Origin: Octopus sinensis
Lineage: Eukaryota
Direction: 5' to 3'
Length of the DNA stretch: 64,000 nt
Assembly: GCF_006345805.1 (NCBI RefSeq)
Contig: NC_042999.1
Location: 116,002,001-116,066,000 of the forward strand
The position numbers and the translations under genes were made by a program. Under the pieces are notes generated by a model. That model had not been told where the DNA came from. It searched no databases and saw nothing but the letters and a program-made list of their open reading frames with translations. Of this stretch, positions 33,713 through 48,396 are shown piece by piece. Every line of letters starts with the position of its first letter. Within the stretch, counting starts at the first letter, position 1.

Positions 33713-36614
33713 GATATGTTTAGATATGCTACGTGTCGTTAACACAGAATTAGATGAGCAGTAAAATATGTCTCGAATGGTACACCGTAGTTATTGTAGC
33801 AGGTCAATTATTCAATAGTTTACTCTTGCAACCACCATGTGTGGCTAATCGTTAGCATTTTGTCCCAACACTAGATAAATCAAATAAATTCTAATAATAT
33901 TCTTGCACACTAAAGTATTAGAACAACTCTTTTATGATAGTAACGTTATTACTCATTTGTTTGATATTTCATTAAACATATATACAGTTAAAACTGCCGT
34001 CAGAGTTATCGTTTTAATTTTAAATATTTAATTTATATTATCTAAATGACCTTTAGAGAGTCACAGTAACCTTTGCTATATTATTGTTTAGTATTTTGTG
34101 CGTAGTTTTTACTGCTGACTCGACCCAGTTTGTTTTGGTTGTTCAGTGGAAAAGACTGAAGGAGATGTTGGCTACTTATAAAGTTCATAAGGCAATGTGA
34201 TTAGGTTGATATCCATATGTTATTGCATTCATCTGCGATCCTTTACATTACGAAGTCTCCATCAACTGTCCAGTATTTTACAGAGTTACGTACCATATAG
34301 GGAAACCTCTAGTGGTCGCTCGACTTGCTGGAAATAACTACGAAACAACATTCAAATCACATATCATTGTCTGAAAAGGATCCACCCATTTTATATTGTG
34401 ATATCACAACATAGAAAGAAGGATGGTCAAGTCTGAAATGTCTATAATCATAGTGATCCTGTGCTTATCACCAATATGTAGCACGTTTAATACAGTTTAT
34501 CTAAGGGGGATAACACTCTTTTTCGACAACGATATTTAAAAAAAGATTAATACATTATTTTTTAACCTCTGAATATTTCCTTCGCAGTAATTATTTTAAC
34601 TCATAATACGCTGGGATTTGCACTTAAATATAGCATGGAATGCTGAGCACATTTTATGAAAATGAGACTATCATGCACACATAAACAAAAAAATAGTTAA
34701 AATGTCTTCTTAGTATATAACGGTAGCAAATTTTACATCATCTGAAAAGTCATTAGTTGAACTATTAGTCCTCTTGCATTCTCGGTGGTATCGATCAGAG
34801 CGTTTGAGCAACATTAGACCCTAACAAACGCCCATAAATTAAATGCATCTATCTGGGCCACGATCGTGGCCTTTCGACCTGTACTTGACGGCCACGATCG
34901 TGGCTCGTAGCACTTTATGTGTTAAGAACGATATACAGCGATACTAGTAACAACAGAAATAATAAGAAATGTCCAATAGCAATTTTGTCTCAACTTGGAA
35001 TATAATGACATCTTTTATCTTTTACTCGTCTCAGTCATTGGAATACGGCCATGTCAACCGAAGTTTCTTTTTTCTTTTCGTTTTTAAGTTGAACTAATCA
35101 ACCCCAGTATTTATTTCTTAAGCCTGGTACTTATTTTATCGATCTCTTTTGCTGAACTGTTATATAATTAAGACGTAAACGAACTAACACTGATTGTCAA
35201 CATGGGGTGATAGGGGGCGGACACAAAGACGAGTGCGTGCGCACACGCACACACGTGCGTGAACATACAAGGGTGCGTGGTCTAGTGGATAGAGTAGATT
35301 GTGTGATCGTGGGTTCGATTGTCAGACTGGACGATGCATTGTGTTCTTGAGCAAAACACCTCACCTCTTATTATTGTATGATCACTATGGCGTCTTATGT
35401 GTGATACAAGTGATGTGTGACACAGTCCAATGCTTGAAACATGTGAAATAAAAGAAATGCAAAAAAAAAACAATTTCAAATTCTTATTCTCAAGTCTCAA
35501 CCTGATTTCAAAGTAAACATATCACTACCAGTGTTATATGATATGTGTTAAAAATATTTATCTTTATGAGATATATTTCTTAAAACACAAGTGTAATGTA
35601 GCTTCTGTTTTTTTTTCTTCTCGCATTGTAATTTTTCTTGTGTAATTAATTAATCATCACCATCATTATCTAAACACTTGGCACTTTTCATTCTCTATTT
35701 CTCTTTGGAATGAAGTACATAACTATGGCTGTCTTGGTTGTTCTACCTTTTGTGTTGCTGTTTGAAATACCTGTGGGTTTCCAGGAGAAAAGCACCCGGT
35801 ACACTCTGTAAAGTGGTTGGCATAGGAAGGGCATCCAGCCACAGAAACCATGTCATAGCAGACAGCAGAGCTTGGTGCAGTCTTCTGACTCACCAGTTCC
35901 TGTCAAACTGCCGAACCCATGCCAGCATGGAAAACATATGTTAAATCATGATGACGATGGCTTTATTTTGTGATAGAGCAATTGAAAGCCACCTTGAAAA
36001 ATAACTTAACCCTAATTAACTGCCATTCTTCATGTCACCAATACTTAATAATACCAATAGACTATTAGATTTTAGTGATATCTACAATAACATATTTCTC
36101 AACAAATGTCTGACTGGAATTTCTCTGTGTTATTAGAGTCCCTCTTGTTTTCTGCAGATTTGAGGTGAATTATTTCAATATCTATTTCTGTACCACTCAG
36201 AACTTTTCATCTAGCTTGTGACAACCATCTAATTTACTTGAACATATTTTCCCTCCACATCAAAAGGCCCCAGATTTAAATCACCTATAAGTTTTACACC
36301 ACAAAAAGAAGAACTAAGGATGAGAAAGTAATTCTATTCTTCTTGGTAGAATAAAAAATACACTTTTAGTGATCTCAGTGAAAAAGTAATTTTATTTAAT
36401 TATAAACTTAATGTTACTAACATAGCACACAATACGCTCTGTAGAGTGGTTGGCATTAAGAAAGATATCCAGTCGTTAAAACCATGCCAAAATTACATGG
36501 AGATCTTGTTGCGGGCCTACAGCTCGCTGGTTCCCTGTCAAACCATACCAGCATAGAAAGCAGATCTTAAATGATGATGATGATTCTGTACTATGTTTTA
36601 CTGCTTTATAATTT

Positions 36615-36815
36615 TTGCACGAGGCCAGCAATTTCAGGGGAAGGTGAAGTCGATTGCATCGACTCCAGTGATCAAATGGTGCTTATTTTATCGACCCTGA
36701 AAGGAAGAAATGCAAAGTCGACCTCAGCGGAATTTGAACTCAGAACGTAAAGACAGACGAGATGCTGCTGTGTATATTGCCGGCGTGCTAACGATTTTGC
36801 CAGCTTGCAGCCTTA
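36615..36815 (-). mobile_element. SINE family C
   Basis: Reverse complement of family C. Confidence 0.8.
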
Positions 36816-37119
36816 AAATTAATGTTATATTTAAAAAAACGCTACAAGTAAAGTTCTTGTAAGATTCTTGCTATGAACTCATGTTAAAACATATTTTTAA
36901 ACACACTGATATAATGTGAAGTGTTGACGATAAATGTGAGAAACATTTCCAGTAAAAATGAAAAATAAAACTATAGAAAATGAGCAAGGGAGGCAACCTA
37001 ATTATGTTTAAGCAAGGGGAATAAATCTTTAACAAAAATGAAGCTTAAGTAGCTTCCCTTGTAAATTTACTCTCTTTTATTCAGATTAATGAAAATAGTT
37101 GTAAATAACTTATCGGGTG

Positions 37120-37502
37120 TTTTACTCTTTTTACTTGTTTCAGTCATTTGACTGCAGCCATGCTGGAGCACCGCCTTTAGTCGAGCAAATCGACCCCAGG
37201 ACTTATTCTTTGTAAGCCTAGTACTTATTCTATCAGTCTCTTTTGCCGAACCGCTAAGTTACGGGGACGTAAGCACACCAGCATCGGTTGTCAAGCGATG
37301 TTGGGGGACATAGACGTAGACACACAAACATATACATACGACAGGCTTCTCTCAGTTTCCGTCTACCAAATCCACTCACAAGGCTTTGTCGGCCCAAGGC
37401 TATAGTAGAAGACACTTGCCCAAGGTGCCACGCAGTGGGACTGAACCCGGAACCATGTGGTTCGTAAGCAAGCTACTTACCACACAACCAATTCTACGCC
37501 TA
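37120..37502 (-). mobile_element. SINE family B, full length
   Basis: Reverse complement of the family B head, body and tail. Confidence 0.88.
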
Positions 37503-37969
37503 TGTTTATGTTTCACACAGAGGTATATCAATCAAAATTAGCATGTCTTTGATAAAATGAATATCACAAAATTTAGGTATATAAAGTTATTAGAGCAACA
37601 ATCAGTTAATAAGTTAATGCATCAAAATATATGGTAGTGTGGTGGTGACAGCGCAGAAAATTAATGTACTGAATATGATGGCTATTACAACACATTATTC
37701 ACATGTAACTTTGGCCCCTGTAACTTTGTGGGTGGTAGACATCAATTGTTTCCGGGTGAGTTCAGCGCATATGCTGTGCATATATTTATATGTATCACTA
37801 TATTGACCTAACTGATGGGTGTTGTTATATACCGCTGGTCACAGTGCACTTCCTCACTAGGCAGGCAGGCCTATGGCTTATAAGTGACTGAGATCATGAT
37901 GTACCCCACTAAACAGGTCGTCAGTTCAACTAAGTGGACTGGGGCAACGTGAAATGAAGTGTTTTGCTC

Positions 37970-38528
37970 CGGTGCACGAAATTTTTTTGTTTCCACAAGA
38001 GTTCCAGACACCAGTTATGAACTCATTTGCATACAGCCAATCAGATCTCAACTATCAAATTAAATTAGTGCATATCAAGTGATGGGCGATAAGATAAAGT
38101 CACTTGGGTAAGGAATGATCATGCTTCTTTTCACTTTTAAGAATGTTTGTTGTTCTTGTTCTTGTTTCAACCATGGCTGCCTCTGCATAGTTATTTGTGA
38201 TGTTTACTTTGTAAAACAGTAAGGAGAGAAGGTTTCTAGCACATCACTCTCTACCCACATTTTTCTCATCCACATCTTTACCATGTGGAGCTCTAGCAAA
38301 ATCCGATAATAGGTATAGATGCAAATCTATCTAATTACTTGTCTCCTTCTAAAGTCAGACATAACTTGGAAATTGGTCAATTTACAACACCATTCTTCGT
38401 CTTGAGTTTACTTGGTAGACTGTGTTTGTTAACTTGACAAGTTCAAAGTGAGCCCTGATTGGCTGTATGCAAATAAGTTCATTATTGGGGTCCAGAACTC
38501 TTGTGGGAAAAAAACTTCACGTCCAGTG
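37970..38528. mobile_element. MITE with ~85-bp imperfect TIRs, inserted in a family-A-related SINE (~37790-38595)
   Basis: ttccacaagagttc..atgaactcatttgcatacagccaatcag pairs with ctgattggctgtatgcaaataagttcat..gaactcttgtggga. SINE sequence continues on both sides. Confidence 0.75.
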
Positions 38529-38944
38529 CAGGAATTGAAAGCATGATATTGTGATTGTAAATGCGACACTCAAATCACTAGACCATGTGCCTTTGCCTAC
38601 ATACACGTTTATAGACGTGTATATATATATATATATCATGGTATCAACCAGAGAGAAATTTTATACTTTTAAGAATTTTAATTAGTTTGCTGAGAATATA
38701 CATTAGAAGATTGTTTGAGAAAGAGACGACACATAGTTGTTGTTGCTGTTTAGCCTTAAGCCTGTCTTGATCAAAAAGGCCTACGATCAAATGCATTCTG
38801 ACTGTAACCTCTTGGTCTTATACAGATGGAACCCAAATCCATGTATTTTTGAAGACTATATGGTGTGATTTTGAGGGAATGAAAATAAGGGCATCCAGCT
38901 GTAGAAAATTTGCCTCAAGAAATTCTGTTTCAACTAACCATAAG

Positions 38945-39620
38945 CATCATCATCATCATCATATTCATTTAACATCTGCTTTCCATGCTGGCATGAGTTG
39001 GATGGTTTGATTGAGGACTGGCAAACCAGGAGGCTGCACCAGTCTCCAATCTGGTCTGGCAAGGTTTCTACAGTTGGATGCCCTTTCTAACACCAACCAC
39101 TCCGAGAGTGTAGTAGGTGTTTTTACATGCCAGTCAGGCAGCACTGGCATCGACCATGCTCGAATGGTGCCTTTTACATGCCACTGGCACAGGAACCTGT
39201 CAAGTGGCACTGGCATTGACCACACTTTTATGGCGCTTTTTACATTCCACTGGCATCTACCATGCTTAAATGGGTGCCAGTCAGGCAGTACTCGCATCGT
39301 CCATGACAACGATTTCATTTGACTCAACAGGTTTTCTCAAGCACAGCATATTGTCTGACGATTGAAGGGAATTCTTAATGAGCCAGTTATGTGACACTGG
39401 TATAGGCCACAACTACAATCTCACTTGGCTTGCCAGGTCTTCTCAAGCACAGCATATCTCCAAAGGTCTTGGTTGCTTGTCATTGCCTTGAAGGTCATGC
39501 TTCACCACCTCATCTTAGGTTTTCCTGAGTCTGCCTCTTCCACAGGTTCCCTCCACTGTTAGGGTGTGACACTTATTTCACACAGCTGTCCTCATCCAAA
39601 TGTAACACATGACCATGATG
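38945..39620 (-). mobile_element. RTE LINE 3' end (ORF end, UTR, (GAT)n tail)
   Basis: GHVLHLDEDSCVK remnant at ~39580-39615 and the shared tail catgccagcatggaaagcagatgttaaatga. Confidence 0.8.
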
Positions 39621-39699
39621 ATGATGGTGATGATAAAACTGAGTAACAGTTGAAAAGCAACTTATGAGGTTAGTATTCAACCATACATTTACAAAAAAT

Positions 39700-40443
39700 T
39701 TGTGGTAGATCTTTACAGACTTAATTTCCAAGGATAGTGAGATGGATGGTGTCAGTAGAGCAGTAGATTAATGGCACTGGAAACATATTTATTCAGTGGT
39801 GTTCAGAGAAGACAACAATTGTGGTGGTCAAACATTTTCTTTATATTCTAGAACCCACAACATTGCAGATGTTCATTGTTCTGAGTTTCTTAATGAACCA
39901 ATGGACAGTTTCCATATGGTTCATCAACCTGCAAGAAATAGCAGTGAAATTTCCATCAAACCACACCCTGGTGCAGATCTTGATACAATGTTCCTAATAG
40001 TAAGATGTGATGGTCATACCTGGGATATTACACACACACACACACACATGCATGCATGCACAAGTGCAGTTGTTATTTCTGTTAAAAAATCCCTGGTCAA
40101 CACAATGTATCTGTGGCACGAAACTGAATCAATTTTGTGTCACAACTTGTTGAAAGCTCCTGGGCCTTCCACATCATCAATTTCTTTTGCTGCTGCCGCT
40201 TGCACTCCTTTTTTCCACAATTAGCATAAAATGGCTCTAATTGCAATTTTTTCACTACTCATTATGAAAGCCATAAAATAAGGAATAAATAGTTAGTGTT
40301 TACGTTATTTGTGAAAATAAAGAATAAACAATTCAGCAATGATTTAATGACAAGTTGTATCAAATTAATGATTTATCGTGGAAATACAAGTTACCAAAAA
40401 TCATCAGTGAAAATCTGTAAAAAAACTATTGACTCAACCTGGT
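39700..40443 (-). mobile_element. Mariner remnant (5' TIR and N-terminal HTH)
   Basis: TA-ccaggttgagtcaatagttt terminus; ATG at 40262 MSSEKIAIRAILC*LWKKGV.AAAAKEIDDVEGPG. Confidence 0.7.
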
Positions 40444-40579
40444 ATAAGCAGTGCTCTAATGGATGTCTTTGTGGAGGATCAGCTACTGATCAAGTCTAAA
40501 ATTGTTTCTATTCAGCTTTGGCTACAGAAATGGTAGAACACTATTTGAGCATTGCAATTTAATCTTGCTATTCTGCATT

Positions 40580-40945
40580 CATCATCATCATCATTAGGCA
40601 TCTGTTTTCCATACTGCATGGGTTAGACTGTTTGAGCCAGAGAGCTGCACTGGGTACCAGTCTGTTTTGGCTTGGCTTCTATGGTTGGATGCCCTTCCTA
40701 ATAGCAACCACTTCACAAAGTGTACTGGCATGGGTGCCTTTTACATGTCACTGGCACAGGTGCCTTTTTTTGTGTCTCTTGCACTGGCCATGACTATGAT
40801 TTCATTTAGCTTCTCAAGCACAACAAATTCTCAAAGGTCTGGTCACTTGTCATTGCCTCCATGAGACTCAACATCTGAAGACCATACTTCACAACATTGT
40901 CCCACATCTTCCTGGGTCTATCTCTTCCACAGGTTCCTTCCACAA
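40580..40945 (-). mobile_element. RTE LINE 3' end
   Basis: VEGTCGRDRPRKMWDNVVK plus the shared tail. Confidence 0.78.
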
Positions 40946-41341
40946 AGTTGATAAAATACCTTAAAAGTCCACATAGAATATACACTCCCATGTAAAATAT
41001 GCATCTTTACTTGAGGCTTAAATTATCTTAAAACCTATATGATGCCATGTCTTTGACATGCAATATTGCACAAACTGTTACAAGAATATATAATCTACTA
41101 TAACCCAATTTTTTGGTGTATTTTTCAATATTTCATTTTATGTAAAGTGGTGAACTGGTGGGATTGTTAGCTTAGTTGCATTTTGCCCATCTTTATGTTC
41201 TGAGTTCAAATTCTGCCTTTCATCCTTTTCATGTCAATAAAATAAGTACTAGTTTTGAGCATTGGGGTTGATGTAATTCACTTACCCACTCACTGAGACT
41301 AATATTTCATTTCATGTAAAATATGTCGACATATGTCGTAG

Positions 41342-41476
41342 ATACAGGTGTGGCTGTGTGGTAAGAAGCTTGCTTCCCAAATACATGGTTCTGGGTTCGG
41401 TCCCACTGCATGACATCTTGGGACATCTAGTGAGTGGATTTGGTAGATGGAAACCAAAAGAAGCCTGTCGTAGATT

Positions 41477-41517
<41 letters not shown>

Positions 41518-41750
41518 ATATGTCTGTGTGTGTCTTTGTCCTCCCTCCCGTCATCACTTAACAACCTGTGCTGGTGTGTCTACGTCTCTGTAACTTAGCA
41601 GTGCAACAAAGACACTGATGAAATAAGTACTAGGTTTTAAAAAAAATAAGTCCTGGGGGTGGAATTGTTTGACAAAAATACTTCAAGGTGGTACTTCAGC
41701 ATGCCCACAGTTAAATGACTGAAATAAATATAAGAATAAAAGAATAAGAA
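41342..41750 (+). mobile_element. SINE family B
   Basis: Family B head, body and tail. Confidence 0.82.
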
Positions 41751-42146
41751 AAAGCTTTATAATATAATTGTGTGTGTGTGTGTGTGTGATTTTTTTTTTC
41801 TTAATTAAAAGTGGGTGAGGAAAAACTTTACAGCCATACCATATATTATATGCATTTTTTATATTAGAATAAATATTTCTCTCATAATTCTTATATTGTT
41901 AGGATGACAGAAATGTATACATCTTGATGCATTTTGACAAAAATAGCTTAGGCTAATAAACTTGGTCTCTTCCAATCTGTGAACTATAACTTGCAGTCAC
42001 AAGAGAAATTAATTTTGTGACAAGCATCTTTTTATTATTATTTCAAATGACAGTAGTTGTGTGAAGATTATAAAAGAAGAAATGTAGCCTCTTTGCAAAC
42101 CACAAGAATTTATAGAGATTGTGCTTAACTCTTGATTCTTCAGCAT

Positions 42147-42781
42147 TAACTCTTTTGATGCTAACCTACCTGAGACCACCCCTGGTTCTATGATACAAGC
42201 TTTCTCTTTTATAATGATCTATAGGTACAGGCATGGCTGTGAGGTAAGAAACTTGCTTCCCAACCACATGGTTCTGGGTTCAGTCCCACTCTGGCACTTT
42301 GGGCAAGTGTCTTCTACTATAGCCTCAGGCCAACCAAAGCTTTGTGAATGGAATGGTAGACACAAAATGAAAGAAGCCCATTGTATATATATGTGTGTGT
42401 GTGTACCTATGTTTGTGTGTCTTTGTGTTTGTTCCCCATCATCACTTGACAACTGGTGTTGGTGTGTTTATGTCCCCCATAACTTAGCGATTCAACAAAA
42501 GAGACTGATAGAATAAGTACTACGCATAAAAAAAAATTAAAAAGTAAGTCCTGGGGTTGATTTGATTGACTAAAACCCTTCAAGGCATTGCCCACAATTG
42601 AGTGACTGAAACAAGTAAAAAAATGTTTTAATTAATAAAAACCATTCTTCAAAATTTCAATTTTATATATGTCTCAAACACCAGTTTAACAATGTTGTTT
42701 TCTTAAATTCTCCTTCATATTGAAAATTAATTGAAACAAAGGTATTGTATTTCATCATAAATACGGTAACAAAAGCATTAA
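42147..42781. mobile_element. piggyBac-like MITE (TTAA ends) carrying a SINE B insertion (~42222-42620)
   Basis: ttaactcttttgatgc...gtaacaaaagcattaa. An uninterrupted diverged copy lies at ~56186-56414. Confidence 0.6.
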
Positions 42782-42869
42782 GCACACAGTGTGAATCTCC
42801 CCATATTCCAAAATAGGATAATAGTCTATGGCAAGTAAACCTTTTTTTTTTTATTTTATAAAAGTTGAT

Positions 42870-43243
42870 TCTACTCTCTTGTTTCAGTCATTTGACTGTG
42901 GCCATGCTAGTGCACTGCCTTTAGTCGAGCAAATCAACCCCAGGACTTATTCTATTGGTCTCTTTTGCCAAACCGCTAAGTTACAGGGGCGTAAACACAC
43001 TAGCATCGGTTGTCAAGCGATGTTGGGGGGACAAACACAGACACACACACACACATACATATATATATATACATATATACGACAGGCTTCTTTCAGTTTC
43101 CGTCTACCAAATCGACTCACAAGGCTTTGGTCGGTCCAAGGCTTTAGTAGAAGACACTTGCCCAAGGTGCCACACAGTGGGACTGAACTCGGAACCATGT
43201 GGTTCGTAAGCAAGCTACTTACCACACAGCCACTCCTGCGCCT
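42870..43243 (-). mobile_element. SINE family B
   Basis: Reverse complement of family B. Confidence 0.85.
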
Positions 43244-44109
43244 ATGTATTTTCCCCTACAAACTCCCAACTTAATGAAACAGAAATCTTGTACTCTATCT
43301 GTTTGATCATTTTGTCAGTGAAGTAAAATGGTTGCAGCCAAAGATGTAAAGTTGATTTGGATTTGGCTGATTACAACTCAGTGGGAAATCACAGAACTTA
43401 TGTGGATATAACCTATTAATCCATTAAATTAAGAAAATAAAGTTGTTAGTTCAATTCAAGACATAATATTAACTTGTGTGTAAATTCCAATTTGGTAACC
43501 AAGTTGCTCTGAAAACTGATCCTGTGTCACATATTATCAGATGTAGCTGACAGGGACAGGTGTGTCCTTTAATCTTTGGTTAATGTAAGAGAAATAGGAG
43601 CTGGGTTAACCCTCTCTGATTTACTGATTAGCTTACAGAATGTTATTTTACTGACCTAGGAATGGCTTTGGGTGAGGCTTAAAGGTCATTGTGGGTGTTT
43701 CCAGTTAATAAAAGGAGTAATTGAGCAACTGAATAGCATTTAAAATGTATATAATCTCTGCTCATCTTTAGAAAAACAAAATTAGAGCACTGTACACTCC
43801 CCAATTGTTTTATGTATAGTTTCTAAACTGAAGGATTTTATAATAGCACTTTAAAGTACTAGAATTAGCCTTACATTGAAGCATTATTTGGGAAACCTAT
43901 GGGATTATTATTTGCAAGGTAAATGATTGTTTCATAGACTACAAGGTATACCTTTTAATATTTAGTAAAAAATAAAAAAGAATTGTTTCTAATTAAATAC
44001 TGTTAAATTTACCTCATTATAGAATACCATTATGATCCTTGACTCAATTCAACTGGGCCAATCGGGGAGTTTGTATTTGATCACTTGACTCGTGAGAAAT
44101 AGTAGCCAA

Positions 44110-45012
44110 TCATCATCATCATTTAATGACTGTTTTCCAGGCTTGCATGAGTTGGACAGTTTGACAAGAGCTTCCCGGGTTCCATGTCTGTTTTGGCATT
44201 GTTTCTTCAGTTGGATGCCCTTCCTTATGCCAACCACTTTACAGAGTGTATTAGGTGCTTTTATGCAGTACTGGCATGAGTGCTTTTATGTGGAACTGGC
44301 TTAGGTGCTTTTTACATGGTACCAGTACCAAGAAGCCCACAAGATTAGGATCACTCTGCTGAAGAGGGATGCACAGGACATACCTGTATGCAAGGACAAC
44401 CATGATTTTACTTAGCTTGACATGTCTTCACAAGTACAGCAAACTGCTAGAAACCTCAGTCCCTTATCATCTCTGTAGTGAAGCCCAATGGCTGAAGATT
44501 CTTTCTCACCACCTTGTCCCATGTCTTCCTGGGTTTACCCCTTCCACACACTCTTTCAACAATTGGCACTTCTTGATGCAACTGTCCTCATCCATATGCA
44601 TTACATGACTGTACCAGCATAGTCTTCTCTCTTGAACACTACATCTGATGCCTTGTATACCCAGTTTTTCTCTCAAGTCACTTCCACTCTGTTGTATGTG
44701 CACTCTGACATTACCCATCCAGCTGGACATATTGGCTTCATTTCTTTGAAGCCTTTGCATGCCCTCTCTAGTCATAGCTCTTGTCTCACTGCCATGTAGC
44801 ATAGCTGTTCATACATAAGCATCATATAATCTGCCTTTCACTCTGAGGGAGAGGACCTTTGTTACTAACAAAGGTAGTAGCTCTCTGAACTTTGCCCAGC
44901 CCATTTTTATTCTTGCAGCTATGCTTTTGGAAAATTCCCGCCACTGCTAACTTGGTCACCAAAGTAACAGAAACTGTCTACTACTTCTAAGGATCCTACC
45001 TGACATTTGAGG
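44110..45012 (-). mobile_element. RTE LINE, 5'-truncated
   Basis: EVVDSFCYFGD; MLHGSETRAMT..RLQRNEA..LREKLGI.GIRCSVQERRLCWYSHVMHMDEDSCIKKC; then UTR and tail. Confidence 0.85.
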
Positions 45013-45452
45013 GGACATTTGACCATAAGGAATAAGAAGTTTGCTTTGCGATTATGTGGTTTCAGGTTCAACCCCATAGCACAGCACCTTAGCATGTATC
45101 TTCTACAGTAGCTTTAGGTCAAGGCTGTGTGGTTAGAATTAAATAGATGGAAACTAACAGAAGCTTGTTGGATTGTATTTGGTCATGGATGGTAAACCTA
45201 ATCTATTACTCATTTTAATTCAAGATCAGGCACTTTGGTGCCTTCAGTGAAATCTGCTCTGTTAGATGCATTTGGACCAGATCTTTGGTGTGATGCTAAT
45301 TACACTACTTCCTATTGCAGTAACTCATGACTTGTTTCTTCCTCTATTTTCTCCTACTAATCTTGGACGCCCTGCAAGGGTCATTGTTGCAGTCCTCCTT
45401 TGTTTTCCACTGTGTAAATTTATGTTTACAAAATAAAGTAGCTTTGCTTACA

Positions 45453-45828
45453 TCTCTCTCTATATATAAACGGCAGTTTGTCTGTGCGTGTTTCTGTGTG
45501 TCTGTTTGCTTGTACCCTCACCCTGACCACGGCTTTCAACCGATTCTGATGAAACTTGACACACACATAGTCCAATGTCATAATTCAAAACTAACGCAGC
45601 GAAAATTTTGAAAAGTTCCCCCAGTTCAGAAAAAGATCGATAAATTCGACATGGGGTCAACAATCAGAAACAGAAACCGCAGATGGTGATGGGGACGCAA
45701 CTTGGCCTTTTTAACTATCAAAAAAAAATTTACCATCATTTTTTTCCCATTTTTTGGCTATAACTCTCTAAAAGTGCTTTATAGTTATTTCCCTTACAAA
45801 CCCGAGCAACGCCGGGCGATACTGCTAG
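45453..45828 (+). mobile_element. Non-autonomous Helitron
   Basis: 5' TC after A; subterminal hairpin cccg-agcaacgc-cggg (45801-45816); 3' CTAG followed by T. Confidence 0.8.
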
Positions 45829-46394
45829 TTACATATAAGAAAATTGGAACAGTTCCTTTTTGGTGCCAGTGAATTGATTTATGACAAAGGAAAAGTATTG
45901 CTTGTTTCTTTTTCATTTAAAATACCATTGTGTCCTAGAAAGAAATTGATTAGAAGTTGCTTTGATAAAAGTTAAATAGGTGGTATGTGATCAGGTTAGT
46001 TACTCTGAGGTTTGAGGAGTACCTTAGCACCATGGTTCAAATTTTCATTTGTTAAAGTTTAATTTACTCTGTTACTGTTCTTGAGAAAAACCTAATCATC
46101 CTATTTATGTCTTCTCTACCATCTGAAATCAATGGTACTAAAAACCAATTCATGGATAATTAATTGTGTCAACTATTTAACTCTTTGTCCACATCTGCTT
46201 TATGAAGCTTGAAGAAATGTTTTTTCTTTCATTTTTTAGAGAGGAGAACAACAACTTGCCCTAATCATATATATCATTTAGCGTTTCAATCTCTGACTCA
46301 AAGGAGCTGCTTTGGCTATGATTCTCTTTGTCATTGAGCTTCTCTCAGTCATCTATACTCTACATGTGAAACAACATGAAACATTTCATTTGTC

Positions 46395-46589
46395 TTTTAT
46401 CTTTTACTTGTTTCAGTTATTGGACTGCAGCCATGCTGGGGAACTGTCTTGAAGGGTTTAGTTGAATGAACCAACCCCAGTTCTTATTTTTAAAGTAGGG
46501 TACTTATTCAATTGATCCCTTTTGCTAAACTGGTGAGTTACAGGGATATAAACAAACCAGTACTGGTTGTCAAGTAGTGGGTGAGGACA

Positions 46590-46633
<44 letters not shown>

Positions 46634-46710
46634 ATGGGTTTCTTTCAGTTTCTCTCTACCAATCTACTCACAAGGCTTTGGTTGGCCCAGGGTTATAGTA
46701 AAACAACACT
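46395..46710 (-). mobile_element. SINE family B, decayed
   Basis: Reverse complement of the family B tail and body. Confidence 0.75.
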
Positions 46711-47659
46711 TGTCCTCTGTCCCCTTGACATTATCATCCCTCTTGTGAGTTCACAATGCTAACATCCAGGTTAAAAACACTACTGCTCTACACAAACCAA
46801 TTAGGGTTCTCAACCTGCCACACACAGCAGCTAAATCTCCTTCAAATCACATACTACTGTCTTAGTACACCAGAAACAACACTTTCTTCCATAAATATAG
46901 GTACTAATAATTTTTTTGCTATTGGCACAAGGCCTGAAATTTTAGTGGGATGGGGTTAGTCGGTTACATTGACCCCTGTGTTCAACTGGTATTTACTTTG
47001 TCAATCTTGAAAAGATGAAAGCAGAATTTGAACTTGGAATGTAATGAGCTGAAAGAAATGCTGCTCAGCATTTTGTCTGGTGAGGCTAACAACTCTACCA
47101 TGTCACTTCCTGAAATGTTAATCTTCATTTCAAGAATCAGTGCACCCAGGAATTCCTTCTCCTTTATTGTATTCATTTTCTTAGAGCAGCATGACCTAAG
47201 AAGAACTGGATGAGGTCAGTGCAGCTAAATGATTCATGTAAATTGTTTGAGGACTTAGGGCACGGGGTGGGGTGGGCAGGGAGTTTCAAATAGATTCTAG
47301 TTTTATATCCTGTCCGGTTTACTCCTTTAGAATACTTGATAGAACTAGCGGTGGATTTGTGGATTTTGCGGTTTTGGGTTAGGTTAGCTGGACAATGTTG
47401 TTTGTACACACCACACACACAAAGCAATATTGCACATCGGTACAGGAAGTACATCTCTCTCTCTTTCTCATACTCTCTCTCTCACACACACATGCACACA
47501 CACACACACACACATACACACACATCTGCTTACCACCAATTTTGCCTAAAACAAATAAATGCTTGATTAGTATCAAGTTGTCACTCTTCCTGTTTATATT
47601 CGGTAGGATCCAATAGGATTTAGTTACCCAACCACTCACTTTCACCACTTTCACACAAA

Positions 47660-47744
<85 letters not shown>

Positions 47745-48396
47745 CGCACCTACCTTATTGCCCTTTTTTAAATCTTTTTCTACCTTGAGATCTTTTTCTG
47801 TTTCTTTCTCTTCTTTATCCCCATCCCCACCCGCTTCTGTACACACATTAACTGTGCCTCATTTTTTCTCTGTTCACATCGCTACCCTACCTGTCTGTCT
47901 TTCTATCTATCAATGTGTCTGTCTGTCTGTCTCTTTCCCTCTCTGCTCACATCTGTGTTCTCTCCCATTCTTTCTTTCCTTATATCTTTGTTTCTTAGTC
48001 TCTTACTTTCTCTTTCTTTCCTTCCTCATTTCTTTGTTCTTTCTCTCTTTCTTTTTCCCTTCCCAGTTGCTTCATCTTGTCTCATCTTCAGTAACATTAT
48101 ATTTAGTTGGAGTTTCTATCATTTTCCGCTATCACTATCAACACCACTATCACCCTAACAAATAACAACACCAAACAGCATCACCCATAAATACCACCAC
48201 CACCTTCACAATCTCTCTGCTGTCAACAATTATCAAGAAGACCACTTCATTAATTCTCCTGTAACTTCCAGTATATCAAATGGTTATTTATATAGATTCC
48301 TCCTGCCTTCAACCACATTTACCATTCGTGTTGTTGTTATTTTGAGTGCCATGTTTGTGATCATAATACTTAGCTTCCAATGACCAAGTCTACTTT

